DNA of 64,000 nt. It comes from Callorhinchus milii. Lineage: Eukaryota. The notes beneath the pieces were generated by a model. The model was not told where the DNA came from, ran no database searches, and saw only the letters and a list, made by a program, of their open reading frames with translations. This document shows, piece by piece, positions 52,229 through 64,000 of the stretch. The DNA is taken from assembly GCF_018977255.1 (NCBI RefSeq), contig NW_024704742.1, forward strand, positions 12,836,001-12,900,000, in the 5' to 3' direction. Made by a program: the position numbers and the translations under genes. Each line of letters starts with the position of its first letter. Position 1 is the first letter of the stretch.

Positions 52229-52979
52229 ATGGTGGGTGCATCAAGGCCAAATTCAAAACTGTCTTGACCTGACGATCAAGTGCAGTCATTTTCTAGCAGG
52301 TGTCACTAATATAATAATAATAGTAATCCTTGCGTTTGATATAGAGCCTTATCACATCTTCGAGATTGTATTTGAGAGCAGATGCTCTGTTTTTTCGTAC
52401 TTTCTTACCAGTCTAGCTCAGACCACGTGTAGTATCCTTATCGCTGCCCACCAGCGAGTTTGGTAGAGACGGATCTTCTGGGTATATACGACCGTTTTTC
52501 ACGAGATGGAGTTCTTTTTAATTAGTGGGAAAAATCTGCTGCCAAGTTGTGACTGTTAAACTTCATTTTTCATTTTCAGCATCTTCGTCACATCGTTTTC
52601 TCCATTTCTCACCTCCTTACTCTCTTCTGGAGTATGGTTCTACTTTTTCATATTGGGTGTGTCACAAGGTTGAGAGGTTTATGGCTGTAAATTCACCCCA
52701 AATCCTTACATACTGAGGGCTGAGAGTCCATCAGGTGTTAGTTCTTAGTGATCCAGAGTAGAAACCCTGAAGTTAGTCCTTGAAGTTGATGATTGTGGTT
52801 CGACTTTAGGGTCAGAGAGATCCAGGTTATGAGAACTGATCAGTTTTCCCTCATCAGGTACAAGCATTGGGTAGTCAGTCCATGCTAAATTGCAGCCTGG
52901 GTAATTTCACATTTCCATGAGGGTTGGGAAATTGTTATTCCTTCAGTTTATCCTTTGCATAGAATACAATAGGAAAGAG

Positions 52980-53515
52980 TGTACTGTGTACAGTTCTGGT
53001 CCCCGCAATACAAAAAGGATATTGGAGAAATTGAGAAGAAACAGAGGAGGGCAACCAGAATGATTGAGGGAATGGAAGGACTGGACTATGAGGAGCGACT
53101 AAGTAAATTGGGCTTGTTCACGCTGGAAAAGAGAAGATCGAGATGTGACATGATTGCTATCTTTAAGATTCTAAAGGGGCGAGTCAATATAGATCATGAT
53201 TGGCTATTTCAACTTGTCCAGAATACTAAAATCAGAGGTCACAGCCTGCGATTGAATGCGGGTAAATTCAGAACAAATCTACGCAAACACTATTTTAGTG
53301 AGCAAATAGTGAACCTGTGGAACAGGCTCCCGAGGGAGATTGTTGAGGCAGGAAGTGTTGATTCTTTCAAACGCAGATTAGATTGTTTTCTTTTAGGAAA
53401 TAACATAATGGGATATAGTACATATCGGGACATATGTGCATGCGACCACCAGGAAGGTGGAAGGCGAACTAGATGGACCTTGGTCTTTTTTCGTCTAGCA
53501 TTTCTTATATTCTTA
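52980..53515 (+). mobile_element. CR1 LINE 3' fragment (second subfamily)
   Basis: YCVQFWSPQYKKDI...YEERLSKLGLFTLEKRR...LWNRLP; its 3' UTR is also present at ~8440-8550. Confidence 0.88.
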
Positions 53516-54199
53516 GGTAGGGCAGAAGACTTTTACAATCTTACACTATTGTTGTGGCGAACAGTCTTCCATATATATAATGGGTCATTTACTTCAAGGC
53601 TGTTTGTGGGCCACTGCTATGCACAAATTAGCTGTGTTTGCCCACACAGTGTACACAATCACTAAGCTTCACAGTAAAAATCCTGTAAAATGTTTTGTGA
53701 TGAGCTACTATATCAAATGCAAGAATTATTTTTATGATGGGTAGCATCACCTCCAAATCTTGATAAAATAACTGTTGGAATTCATATTCTATTTTTAATC
53801 AATTAACAGGAAGCGTACCATCTTGATTCAACAACAGGACAATCCCCTCATTCTATGTCCTTAGCAGCACTGAAATAAATAGCAGTTGACACCATGTGCC
53901 CTGTTGCTATTCACAGCAACACTCGTATTTTCACAAAGCACTATTGTGTAGATTTAGCAACTGTTGGAGTTTGATGGGTCAGTTTTGGGAATTGGGATGT
54001 CAGCTTCCCTGACATGAGTGACTCTTTACTTCTTCATGTTACTTTGCTCGTATCCTATGTTACAAGATTATCTAGCTGGTATGATCCATTCTTCAAATTA
54101 AGAGGCCCTTCCCCTGGACTGGGCTTCGTCCCATCCATCTTAGCAATCGTTTAGAGAAGTTACATACGATGGGAATAAAAATTGTAAAAGACTCAGTTG

Positions 54200-54595
54200 C
54201 ACTCTCACCTCAAAAGAATCAAACGATTGTAGGATTCAAACACCACATTGAGACTTTGAACTTATAGTTTAGGCTGACAATCTAAACAGTGTCGGGGGTA
54301 TGCTGCATTGTTGGAGATGCCACCCTTCAGGTGAGATGTGAAACCACAGTCGTGTCTGCTTATTCAGATGGACCTTAAAGGAACTATGGTAGTATTCAAA
54401 ACGAAAAGGGAGTTCCTCTTCATGCCTTGACAAACAATCCTCCAGATAAAATGAGACTGTTTATGGAACATTGTTGTGTGCAAATTGGCTGTCGGGTTTG
54501 CCTACAAATATATGGTCACTACACCACAGTAAATCCTGTGAAGTGCTTGGAGATGTTTCAATGACTTGATAAGGCAATATATCAAATGCAAGTTT
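54200..54595 (+). mobile_element. Deu-domain-like SINE copy (decayed)
   Basis: tgctgcattgttggagatgccacccttcaggtgagatg core shared with 44355-44722. Confidence 0.6.
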
Positions 54596-54689
54596 TTTGT
54601 GTATTACAAGAGACTAGGGACCACGAGAGAGCCCAGGCATGTATAAATACACATGGGCCCATCTCAATATCGGACTGTCAAAATGTTAA

Positions 54690-54908
<219 letters not shown>

Positions 54909-56269
54909 TAGTATGTCATGACATAAGGTTTATACTCGATGAAGAGACAAGGTGCAAGATTTTATAAACTTTTCCAAAATCTGCTCTCTGCTCAGAAAGA
55001 TTGATTATTTTTCATTTTTCATTTTTCATTTTTGTTTATCACACAGTGTGTCCTTGAGAATGAGAATGGAGGTTATTTCGTATGTGGGATGGATCGCTGA
55101 TCGCTGTAATCTCTAGTGAAATTGTAAATCGTTGAATCATTAATTAACCATATCTTAACCTTAACATCGAGTTAATTTTGTTTAATTATCTACATTTTCT
55201 CTCTTCCCACCTATCTCTTTCCCCTCCTGAAGGTGCATGATGCCTGTTCTTTCTCCCAGAATTTAGTCCACAAGTTCAATGTGAATTAGGAGATGCAGAA
55301 AGATATTGCTTTCCTGGCTGCGATCATCCAGCTCATTGACCTATGATCTATATAGCTTAGGACGATCTTGGCCAGTGCCTTTAGCGCTAGGCTGAAAAAG
55401 TCTAAACTATGGGACATATTTTGGAGAATATGACTGTCCAGTTAATAGCACTTAGATTAAAGTGTGATTTTTGTGGTCAGTAGCTTTCCTCCACTGAGTC
55501 ACAGTTCATCCTCTTTGTCTTACAGATTTTTTAAATATTGGTCCACTTGCAGAAAGATGTTCTCCTTTTCATAGTTTCAACTGGAGGATATCAAACAAAT
55601 ATAATCATTCAAGGAGTGCACTTGAAAACAAGGAATCAGAAAGAGAGAGAGAGGAGATAGACCTGAGGGAGTCCCAAAATTGAGACTCCAGACCTTGAAG
55701 TCTAAGCTTTGAGAAAGACTCCCTGAGTGAGGCGTAACATTACAAGAGTCTCTTTGAGGCTGAGCAAGACTCCTTGAGCCCGAACAAGTCCCAGATTTGC
55801 TTCAGCAAGTCTCAGTATTGAGGGAGATTCCCTGAGCTTTGCACTTTCCATCACTATCCCTAGGCCAGATAGCTTCTTGATGGCATCTGCTCAGAAATTC
55901 ATTACTGGGAGACAGGTCGATCCACTCCAATCCTTCAAAATAATAATAGTAATGTAGTCATTCAATCCACGACTGTTTGTGGGACGCTGCTGTGCGCAAT
56001 TGGCTGCTGTGTTTCGCCCACAAAATTTCGCCCACAGTCACTCCACTTTACAGTGTATTCTGTGAAGTGCTTTGAGACATCTCAAGGATGATTATTATCA
56101 GTGTTGTTAGCTAAAACGGCCATTGGGAGCGCTGTCTGGCATGCTTCCCCGCTGAGGGGGGAGGGGGAGAGAGAGAGGAAGTGAACGAGAGGGAATCAGG
56201 GGAGACAGAGAAAGGAGAGATCAAAAAATCTCTCTTCTCTTTCCTGTCTGTTAAAATCTCCCAGTTTTA

Positions 56270-56905
56270 TACAACAACAACAACAAGATTACAGTTGTAT
56301 AGCTCCTTTCATGTCGGGAGGACGTCCCAAGGCACTGGACAGAATACAGCATTCCAGACCTGAGCTGGGGTCAGGGAGGGGAGGGGAAGGGGGGTGACCG
56401 ATGGCATGGTTAAAGAGGAGGGTCTTGAGGAGGGACTTGAAGGAGGCTAAGGAGGGGTCGAGGCGGAGTGACTGGGGGATGGAATTCCAGAGGTTTGGGG
56501 CAGAGCGGCTGAAGGCTCTCCCCCCAATGGGGGGGGCGGGTGGGTCGGGGGACGTGGAGGAGGCCGGAGCTGGCTGAGCGGAGGGAATGGGCAGGTTGGT
56601 AGGGGGTTAGGAGGTCGCATAGGTAGGGTGGGGCGAGGCCATGGAGAGCTTTGTAGGTGAGGACTAGGATCTTGAACTGGATCCTCTGAAGGATAGGGAG
56701 CCAATGGAGTTGGGAGAGAATGGGGGAAATGGGGTCACAGAGTTTGGTGCGGGAGAGGACACGGGCTGCAGAGTTCTGGATTATCTGCAGCCTGTGGAGG
56801 GAGGAGTTGGGAAGGCCGACAAGTAGGGAGTTTGCATAGTCGAGCCTGGAGGTGATGAAGGCATGAACAAGAGTTTCAGTGGCCTGAGGGGTGAGGTAGT
56901 GGCCG
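56270..56905 (-). mobile_element. L2 LINE 3' fragment (young)
   Basis: HYLTPQATETLVHAFITSRLDYANSLL...LHWLPILQRIQFK; highly similar to 29445-30060. Confidence 0.9.
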
Positions 56906-59849
56906 TTGTGTGTTATTTTTATTAAAAAAATTATATGAAAGAAAGTGCTCTGGGATGCTACCCCCATGTGAAGGACACTATACAAATGCAAGTTGTTGTC
57001 GTTGATTGTTTTCTGTGTAAGTACCACGCCTTCACCCAGGAACTCTCTAAGTATTCTGAGGGTCATTTGCTGCTGTTTAGGAAATTTAACAATAATAATG
57101 ATAATAACTGAATTTTTTTATTGCAGTGGGTTTCCAACTCATACATGCCGGTCTAATCAATAATCTTGCTCATGAATTTGACTCCTTTATCGCTTGAAAG
57201 ATTGAAAATTCAGCAGAATACGTACTAAAATGTAATCTTGTTTTCATTTAGTGCCATTTAACTATTTTCCCTTTGCCCCTGCAAATTGTTTGTTTACTTA
57301 TTTGTATATATAGTTCCCTCTTGAATGCTAATATCGACCACCATAACCAACAGCATTCCACATCCTATTACCTGTGTAAAAAAGTATTCTTCTTAATGTC
57401 TCCCTCTGCTAACTTTCTTAAATTGAATTGACACTCATAATTTCTCCCTATCTACTCTATCAAAACTCCTCAACATTTTAAAGACCTCTTTTAGATTGAT
57501 CCTCAACCTTCTCTGTTCCAATAAAATTGGGCCCCGTTATTCTAGTCACTATTCATAGGTCATATAGAGGTACAGAAGATAATCCTTGGATAGATTTCCT
57601 CTTCTCAATGAAGAACCTGTCTTGCAAGGGATCGTATTGTTTCTATGAGTCTGTTGCCTAGACAGTATCTGCAGTTTTCAACTATGTGAGGTTAGAAAGG
57701 AGGGGGATGTGCTATCAAAGGTAATTCATTGTTGTTGTTATTGACTACCAGTTGGGAGTCCTGCTTGACTTGGGGTAGGGGTTTAGGAACAAAATGAGGC
57801 AAATTGTGCTGCCCTGGCTGAAAATAGTTAACTGAGCCCAGACTGCGACCTTGTACTCTACGGGTTGGAATTCTATTTTTACCTTGAGCAAGTCAAATAG
57901 CTCAGAGTTGCAAAGTACTTCCTCATTAATACAGCGGAACTACTGAAATAAGTATTTTGATTGAATCTTGTTTTAAAAAAACATATTTTAATTTAGTGTT
58001 TCTGTGGTAGGAACCAAAGGTTTTCAGAAGGGGTTGCCAGCTGCTGAATTTAAAAACTAAAACTTACATGTTTCAATTAATTTTCCTTAAAGAACAGAAT
58101 GTCTTGATTCACTTCTTGAATCCACTTTTTAAAAAACTTGGCATGGTGGTTTTGCAGGTGTTTGGAGCAGCAGTACATAGGGCCACAGCGCGGTGTGATT
58201 TAACAATATCTGTGCTACGGTGCATGGTGCAGAGAGATGGAAGTTTGAAAGTTCCATTTATACTCATGCACTTTATAGCATGCAGTTCAAGAAAGTGTGG
58301 GAATAGGCAGCAGTGTGCAGATGCCATTGATAAATAAACAGCACATTTACAAAGATAGTGCATATTATAGCCCCCAAAATGTTTGTTTTCTTAAACCCCT
58401 CAGGTTGTTTGAAGGCGATGGGGTGGAAAAAGTGAGCGATTCAATGGGGACATTGTATTCTTTAGGGTTGCTGACTGGCATTTTGGGGCATGGGATAAAT
58501 TGAAAGGTTTGGGTTAGTCTAGTTTACAATCTTGGAAAGAATATTTTGAATGTGCTCTAAAATATTTTAGCCTTTTTATAATACCTGCAATCACTCCTTC
58601 CCCCTTCCCACTGAGTATATGATTGAGAACCATTGATACTACTGACATGGATGGATGACTGGATAACTGCGGCCGTAAATACTTAAACTACACTGTTTGC
58701 TAAAAATGTTACTTAGACTTAGCTTGTATACAAAAACCTACATTTAATAACACGGCTTATGTTGAAATGTCTCAAAGTATTGATTTGCTTTGAAGTGTAG
58801 TGACTGTCATCTGGGCAAAAGTTAAGATGTGCCAACAACTATCCCACAATCAGTAACGAGGTGAGTAGCCCATCACTGTGTTTCGGTCAACATTGGATGA
58901 AAGGGGAATATAGGCCAAAATACCTTGAAAACCCAGCTTTCTTCTTGAAAATGGTGTTGTGCATTGTTGCCATCCACCCGAATGGAGAGAAAATCTTAGT
59001 TTAGATGGAACGTTAGTTTAAAGGCTCATCTAAAGGTTAGCACTTTAAACATTCAGCTCTCCCCAAAACTGCACTGGAATGTCAGACTTGATTATGAACT
59101 ACAAGATCTTATGTGGAATCTGGTTTAGTTTTATGGCAGTGAAATATATTGCAGTTCATCAACCTTATCAAAAGTTCATCAAAAGAATAAGGCCTCATTG
59201 TGTGAAGTAATAACAATAATAACCATTATAATTGAACAACTTATTTAATTTAGTAATTAAAACAATCTATTGAGCCTTAGTTTTAATCTGCTGGATCAGT
59301 ACTGGCAGTACTGGCCTCCAACAATGTTTCTCAATCTTTTTGATACACGAGAGCAACTCAGTTTCTTATTAAACATGGCAGACCATTTTCTGTCTGATCA
59401 CTGAACAAAAATGGTCACTGCTATAGACCAACCATGAGGTTATCGCAGATCAGTTGATGAGAAACACCCAGTTTATGTAACAGTCAAATTGGTAAACCAT
59501 TAAACAGTTTTTTAAACAAAATTACATTTGAGTCTGATTGAGTATCTGGATAATTGGGACAACAGAAATAATTTGTGTTATTTAAACATCAATTTTCATA
59601 CCAGGGATTTCTAATTAAAAGTGTACTATTGCACAGTAAATATGTTAATTGCCTTCAGAAATACTGTCACAAATCTTGTACCCAAAAGTGTAATTTCCTT
59701 CACACATTCCCTGGTTTCCACATTGAGGGAAGAAGAAAATCAAAAGGCTTTATAGACAAGTGATAGTCTTGCACATCTCTGAGAATTGCATTGGTAGAAA
59801 CATGGGAGTATGTTATTTGCCAATTGGGGAAAGGGAATCATCCCATTCA

Positions 59850-60290
59850 GCTCTGTTAAACCTGTAAGCCAAAGCCCAAAGGGATAGGGTGGTCCTAGCT
59901 GGTCAAGCAGCAGGAATGCTTTCCAGACAGCGATATCAATGACAAGCTATACAGTTTTAGCTGGTTAGACTCTTTCAGGCCTTGGGATGTCCTTCCGACC
60001 TGAAAGTCGCTTTACAAACGTAATTTTGTTGTTGTTGTTGTAGCAGTACTCCCAACGCATACTATGGGGTCCCCAAGCCTTGGCTCTTGCTAACCTGTGC
60101 CTAATACTTTCAGGAATTAGGTAAACTGGATGCGTCCCTCCAAGGAAAGAGTGCGCATTTCAACAATTTATCTCTATAATTTCCATGTGTAGATGGGATG
60201 CCTAGAATTCTCAGCTTAGTTTGGATCTTCTTAAGCATGGTGACGGGTTTCCGCATATGTCAGATGCTTGGCTGACTAAAAAAAAGAAAC
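59850..60290 (+). repeat. Family X interspersed repeat copy, interrupted by an L2 tail (~59975-60042)
   Basis: Inverse homolog of 7135-7495; ends in aaaaaaaagaaac. Confidence 0.7.
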
Positions 60291-60653
60291 AAATGTTTTT
60301 GCCAGCTCTTTTGGTGAAGGACAGATACAGGTTGAGTGAAAACAAATGGACAAAATACAACACAGCAATTTATATTTTCTTTTTAAATATTTTGATTTTA
60401 ATCCTTATATTAAAGGCTCATGTGGAGAATAAACCAGTTGGACCAAATGGCCTGTTTCCGTGCTGTATATTCTAATGTATATATTTTCTCCTACTTGAGG
60501 AATGAGTGCCTTCTTTGTCAAGTAAATATCACCATGGTGTTGAAGCATGTGAAAGCTCTCTCCTTATTATGGTCTGAAACTGGTGGAAAATTCTGAGGTG
60601 TGCTTTGGATGTACTGATGAAATGCAGCTGCAGCCCTCTAAAATATTAACTGA

Positions 60654-60821
<168 letters not shown>

Positions 60822-61614
60822 TAGTTTACAAAGCGCATGGCATGTCACTGCTAGAGTAAACATTGCCTTTGTACCGTAACCCAATTCCAAATTGTTCATA
60901 ATTTGACTTGAGATTTTCTGTGAATGGAATATGAGTTGAGTACTTAGATCTTAGTGTGTGATGCTCTCTGTAACTTCTAGACATTTGAGATTGAATCCAG
61001 TGCAGAAATATATCTGTTCTGACCTGAAGACCACTGCATCTTTAGTTCTCACAGGCTGTTTCCCAGAGTCCAGTCCACGTGTCTTCTGGACCAGCTCTAG
61101 TTAATGTTATGTAACCACTTTATTTGTTTAGTGTATGAGGTGTTTTTAAAAGTAAATATGCATTTGCAGCCTCATGGCAGAGTTTTAGTTTAATGATGAA
61201 TCTAAAGTGTGATAGCGAACAAGTGTGTTTTATCATTATCCTTCCCCACTCTCTATCTTTAATTGCTATAATTTTTAAAAACGCCACTGAAATTAAGTTA
61301 CATAACACAAGAAGTGACATATTAACCAAGTATTTCTCCTACTGCTACAGTTAGCACTTTCATAAAAGACATGTAGGTCAGCTGCGGGAACACTGATCCC
61401 ACCGCCAATACATACGCAAAACGTGCACTTTCACTGTATCATTTGTTACATGGATTTACTCTTTTACCTATTAGGAGTAGTTTAGGAGCACTTTGTCATG
61501 AAACAAAGCTGGAAACGTACTGCTTTGCTGGTGTTCTATTTTGCAGGATAGTGGAGGCACTTTCAGGAGTTTCTTCCTGTACTAATTTGATCAATACACA
61601 TGTGAAACCATTTC

Positions 61615-61822
61615 TGAAACTTTGGAATTCTCTCCCTCAATCTCTCCGCCTTGCCCCCTCCTTCCCATTTTTCAGATCACGCCTGAAGACCTTCCTCTTC
61701 AACCGTGCTTATGGTCACCTTGTCCCTTCCCCCCGGCTCAGTTTCAGGCTGTGCCACTGCTAAGCATTCCGAGACGCTGCCCGCTGTGACGGGTACTATA
61801 TAAATGCAAGTTGTTGTTGTTT
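61615..61822 (+). mobile_element. L2 LINE 3' end
   Basis: LWNSLPQSLRLAPSFPFFRSRLKTFLF; (GTT)n tail. Confidence 0.8.
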
Positions 61823-62389
61823 TATTCAGGTGCAACTTTAAACCATTTAATTTGTCAGAAAATTTATTCCTACTTCTATAGCTTTCTCCTTTTCTGATTG
61901 TGTGATATAGATTACTCAGATATTTTGTCTATCCCTGAATACAAAAAATGACCAGTTAGTCAAGGAGTCCTTCCTGTGGAGATTGGCCTCAATGTTGCTT
62001 GTTGTTTCAGGAAAAGAGAATGGGCGGGGCGAATTCTGTCCATCTCCAAAGAGAGTTTTTATAGGCTAATAATAATACATATAATGGTGTCCCTCCAGGG
62101 AGAGAGTGCACATTTAATTCCAATAACCATCTCTGGAATATTCCATGTGTAAGTGGGATGTTTGGTTTGGATACTCTTAAGCATGGTGATGGTTTTCCAT
62201 GTCTCAATCACCTGGACAACCAAAACAAATCTTTTCCCATTCTCCCCAGTGATTGAGTGTATAGTGCGCCCTCTAAAAAACACTGGTTGGAAAAATAAGA
62301 CCATTCTTAGGTGGTTTGTGGCTCTCTTGCATGTTCGGCCTAAATCCTGTGTAATTGACTGTCAACACATCTTGTATTTTAATGTTTAG

Positions 62390-62765
62390 ACTGATTCCTT
62401 TAACATGGGGCAAGAATTTGTGAAGAATTCCCCATCCAGTTTGGACAACCTGCAACACATTGACCTTGATGCTGACATACAGGATTTAAATGTCAAAAGG
62501 CCAGGCATAAGGACTGGAGCAGTTACTCAGCTTCACAGGGAGAAGGCCACCATTGGTGCCTCTGCAGCAGAAGTACTGTTTCAAGATGCTTCAAAGACCA
62601 ACTGCTCCAGTTACGGAATTAATTCAGTGATCACCAACAAGTATTTACTCTACGAGAACAATGAGCTACTAAAGAGGGGGAAGAGGAGGACCTCTCTAGA
62701 ACGAGAATCTATGCTTTTCATGAAAGGGGTCATGGATGAATGTACCCATGTGGGAAATTTCTCAG
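62390..62765 (+). CDS. ABHD18: ABHD18 coding exon 10: TDSFNMGQEFVKN...RESMLFMKGVMDECTHVGNFS; gene continues beyond the window
   Basis: Acceptor gtttag and donor CAG|GTACCT; conserved ends flank a divergent low-conservation insert; 376 nt, ends in phase 1. Confidence 0.93.
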
Positions 62766-64000
62766 GTACCTCAAGATCTTTCTATGAAATTCAAATTTGA
62801 CTTGGAATTAACGTTGAAGGAGATGCAGCATGGGAATTGTTTCTGAACTGTTGTGTCCAATATTTTAAAATTCTGAATTCATATGCTTTTCTCTTGATTG
62901 GCCTGGATGGATGAAAACACCTGCTGTGCTAATTTACATAGATTTACATATAATTTAAAGTATGGAAACAGGCCACTCAGCCCAACGTGTCCATGCTGGT
63001 GTTCATACTTCAAAAGAGTCTCCACTCACCCACTCCTTACTTCCTCCTATACCCTTCTGTTCCCTTCTCCCTTTTCCTCATGAATATACATACATGCGTA
63101 CCAAAAAAAATAGGCCTTGCAAACCAGGATGGTCTGAGCTGAGGTTTAGTCCCTCCTGTGTGCTGGATTAGAAATCTCAATGAGGTTGGGTAATTTGCAT
63201 AAATTCCCATCACTGGGGAAGGGGCGAAATGGGGGATTGGCTTTGATATCAGTTGTGACCGAAATTGACTGTAATGGTCATTGTGGTGAAATAATCTGTC
63301 AATACGTTTGGACTCATTAGTAAGAATTTTCAGGATAATTGAAGTTGAAATACAGATCAGGCATGATCTAATAGAATGGTGGTACAGGCTTGAGGGGCTG
63401 AATGGCCTACTCCTGTTCCTATGTCCTCCCGACGTGAAAGGCGCTCAATAAATGGAATCTTGTTGTTGTTGTTGTTGTATATTCTTATGTTCCAATGTTC
63501 CTATGTCAGTTGGATTCAATAGCCTAGTATGAGTAGAGGCAGAATATTTGAGAGTTGAGTTTGGAAACATTGGGAAATGTGTAACCAAACTCACCAAGAT
63601 TCTGAATAATGTTTGTTGGTACTGTAAGTGCTCATTGTATTGTACTAGCACATAAATTATCTTTTCTTGGTACAACAGTAAGTTTGATGTGTAGCCAGAG
63701 TCAAGTGCTGAACAGAGACCAACTGTTTTCCTCGGTTAGGTGTGTGGGTGCAGAGAAGAAAAAGAAATCACAGGTGAATTGTCTCAGCATGTTCATGTGA
63801 AGCACCTAGCTTGAAATGTATATAGCCAGAGATCTGGGAGTAAGTAGGTGCTGTCTATCTTCTTAGTCACAAAATGGTGCATGGAATGAAGGAGAGAGAA
63901 GGACACCACTTAAGTCAGGCAATCAAAAATCCTAAATCTATATGGACCACAATCTTTCACAGTAATCAAATATTGTTTATCACTCTATAAATGTTTACTG

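Noticed and set aside
52835..52862. CTGATGAG...GAAA on the minus strand (hammerhead core)
   Set aside because: There is no stem II between the boxes and no flanking stems.
59322..59470. hAT MITE with CAATGTTTCTCAA / TGAGAAACAC ends
   Set aside because: The inverted repeat is short and imperfect, with no matching TSD and no second copy in the window.
62766..62800. ABHD18 C-terminus GTSRSFYEIQI* as in the ORF track
   Set aside because: This is intron read-through past the donor at 62766; the conserved C-terminal region with the remaining catalytic residues should lie beyond the window.

Overview
Eukaryotic (vertebrate) genomic DNA. The repeat content (L2 and CR1 LINEs, tRNA-derived and Deu-type SINEs, Penelope-type termini) suggests a cartilaginous fish, but this is inference. 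The window holds ten coding exons (1177 nt, about 392 codons, 3' end outside the window) of ABHD18/C4orf29 on the + strand (24410-62765). These include a U12-type AT-AC intron (44142-47129) followed by a 28-nt micro-exon. A probable first coding exon of MFSD8/CLN7 lies on the - strand (5723-5781), head-to-head with ABHD18. The two small CpG-rich 5' islands (~5700-5920 and ~16750-17000) are about 11 kb apart, and each is sandwiched between large strand-asymmetric minisatellites. Introns contain many decayed TEs, among them a nested CR1 > L2 + hAT cluster and a short non-autonomous Helitron. All long ORFs in 3.3-19.5 kb are artefacts of tandem repeats. I see no evidence for a novel multi-gene system; the most notable signals are splicing and promoter architecture. 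TE and repeat boundaries are approximate and were read by eye.
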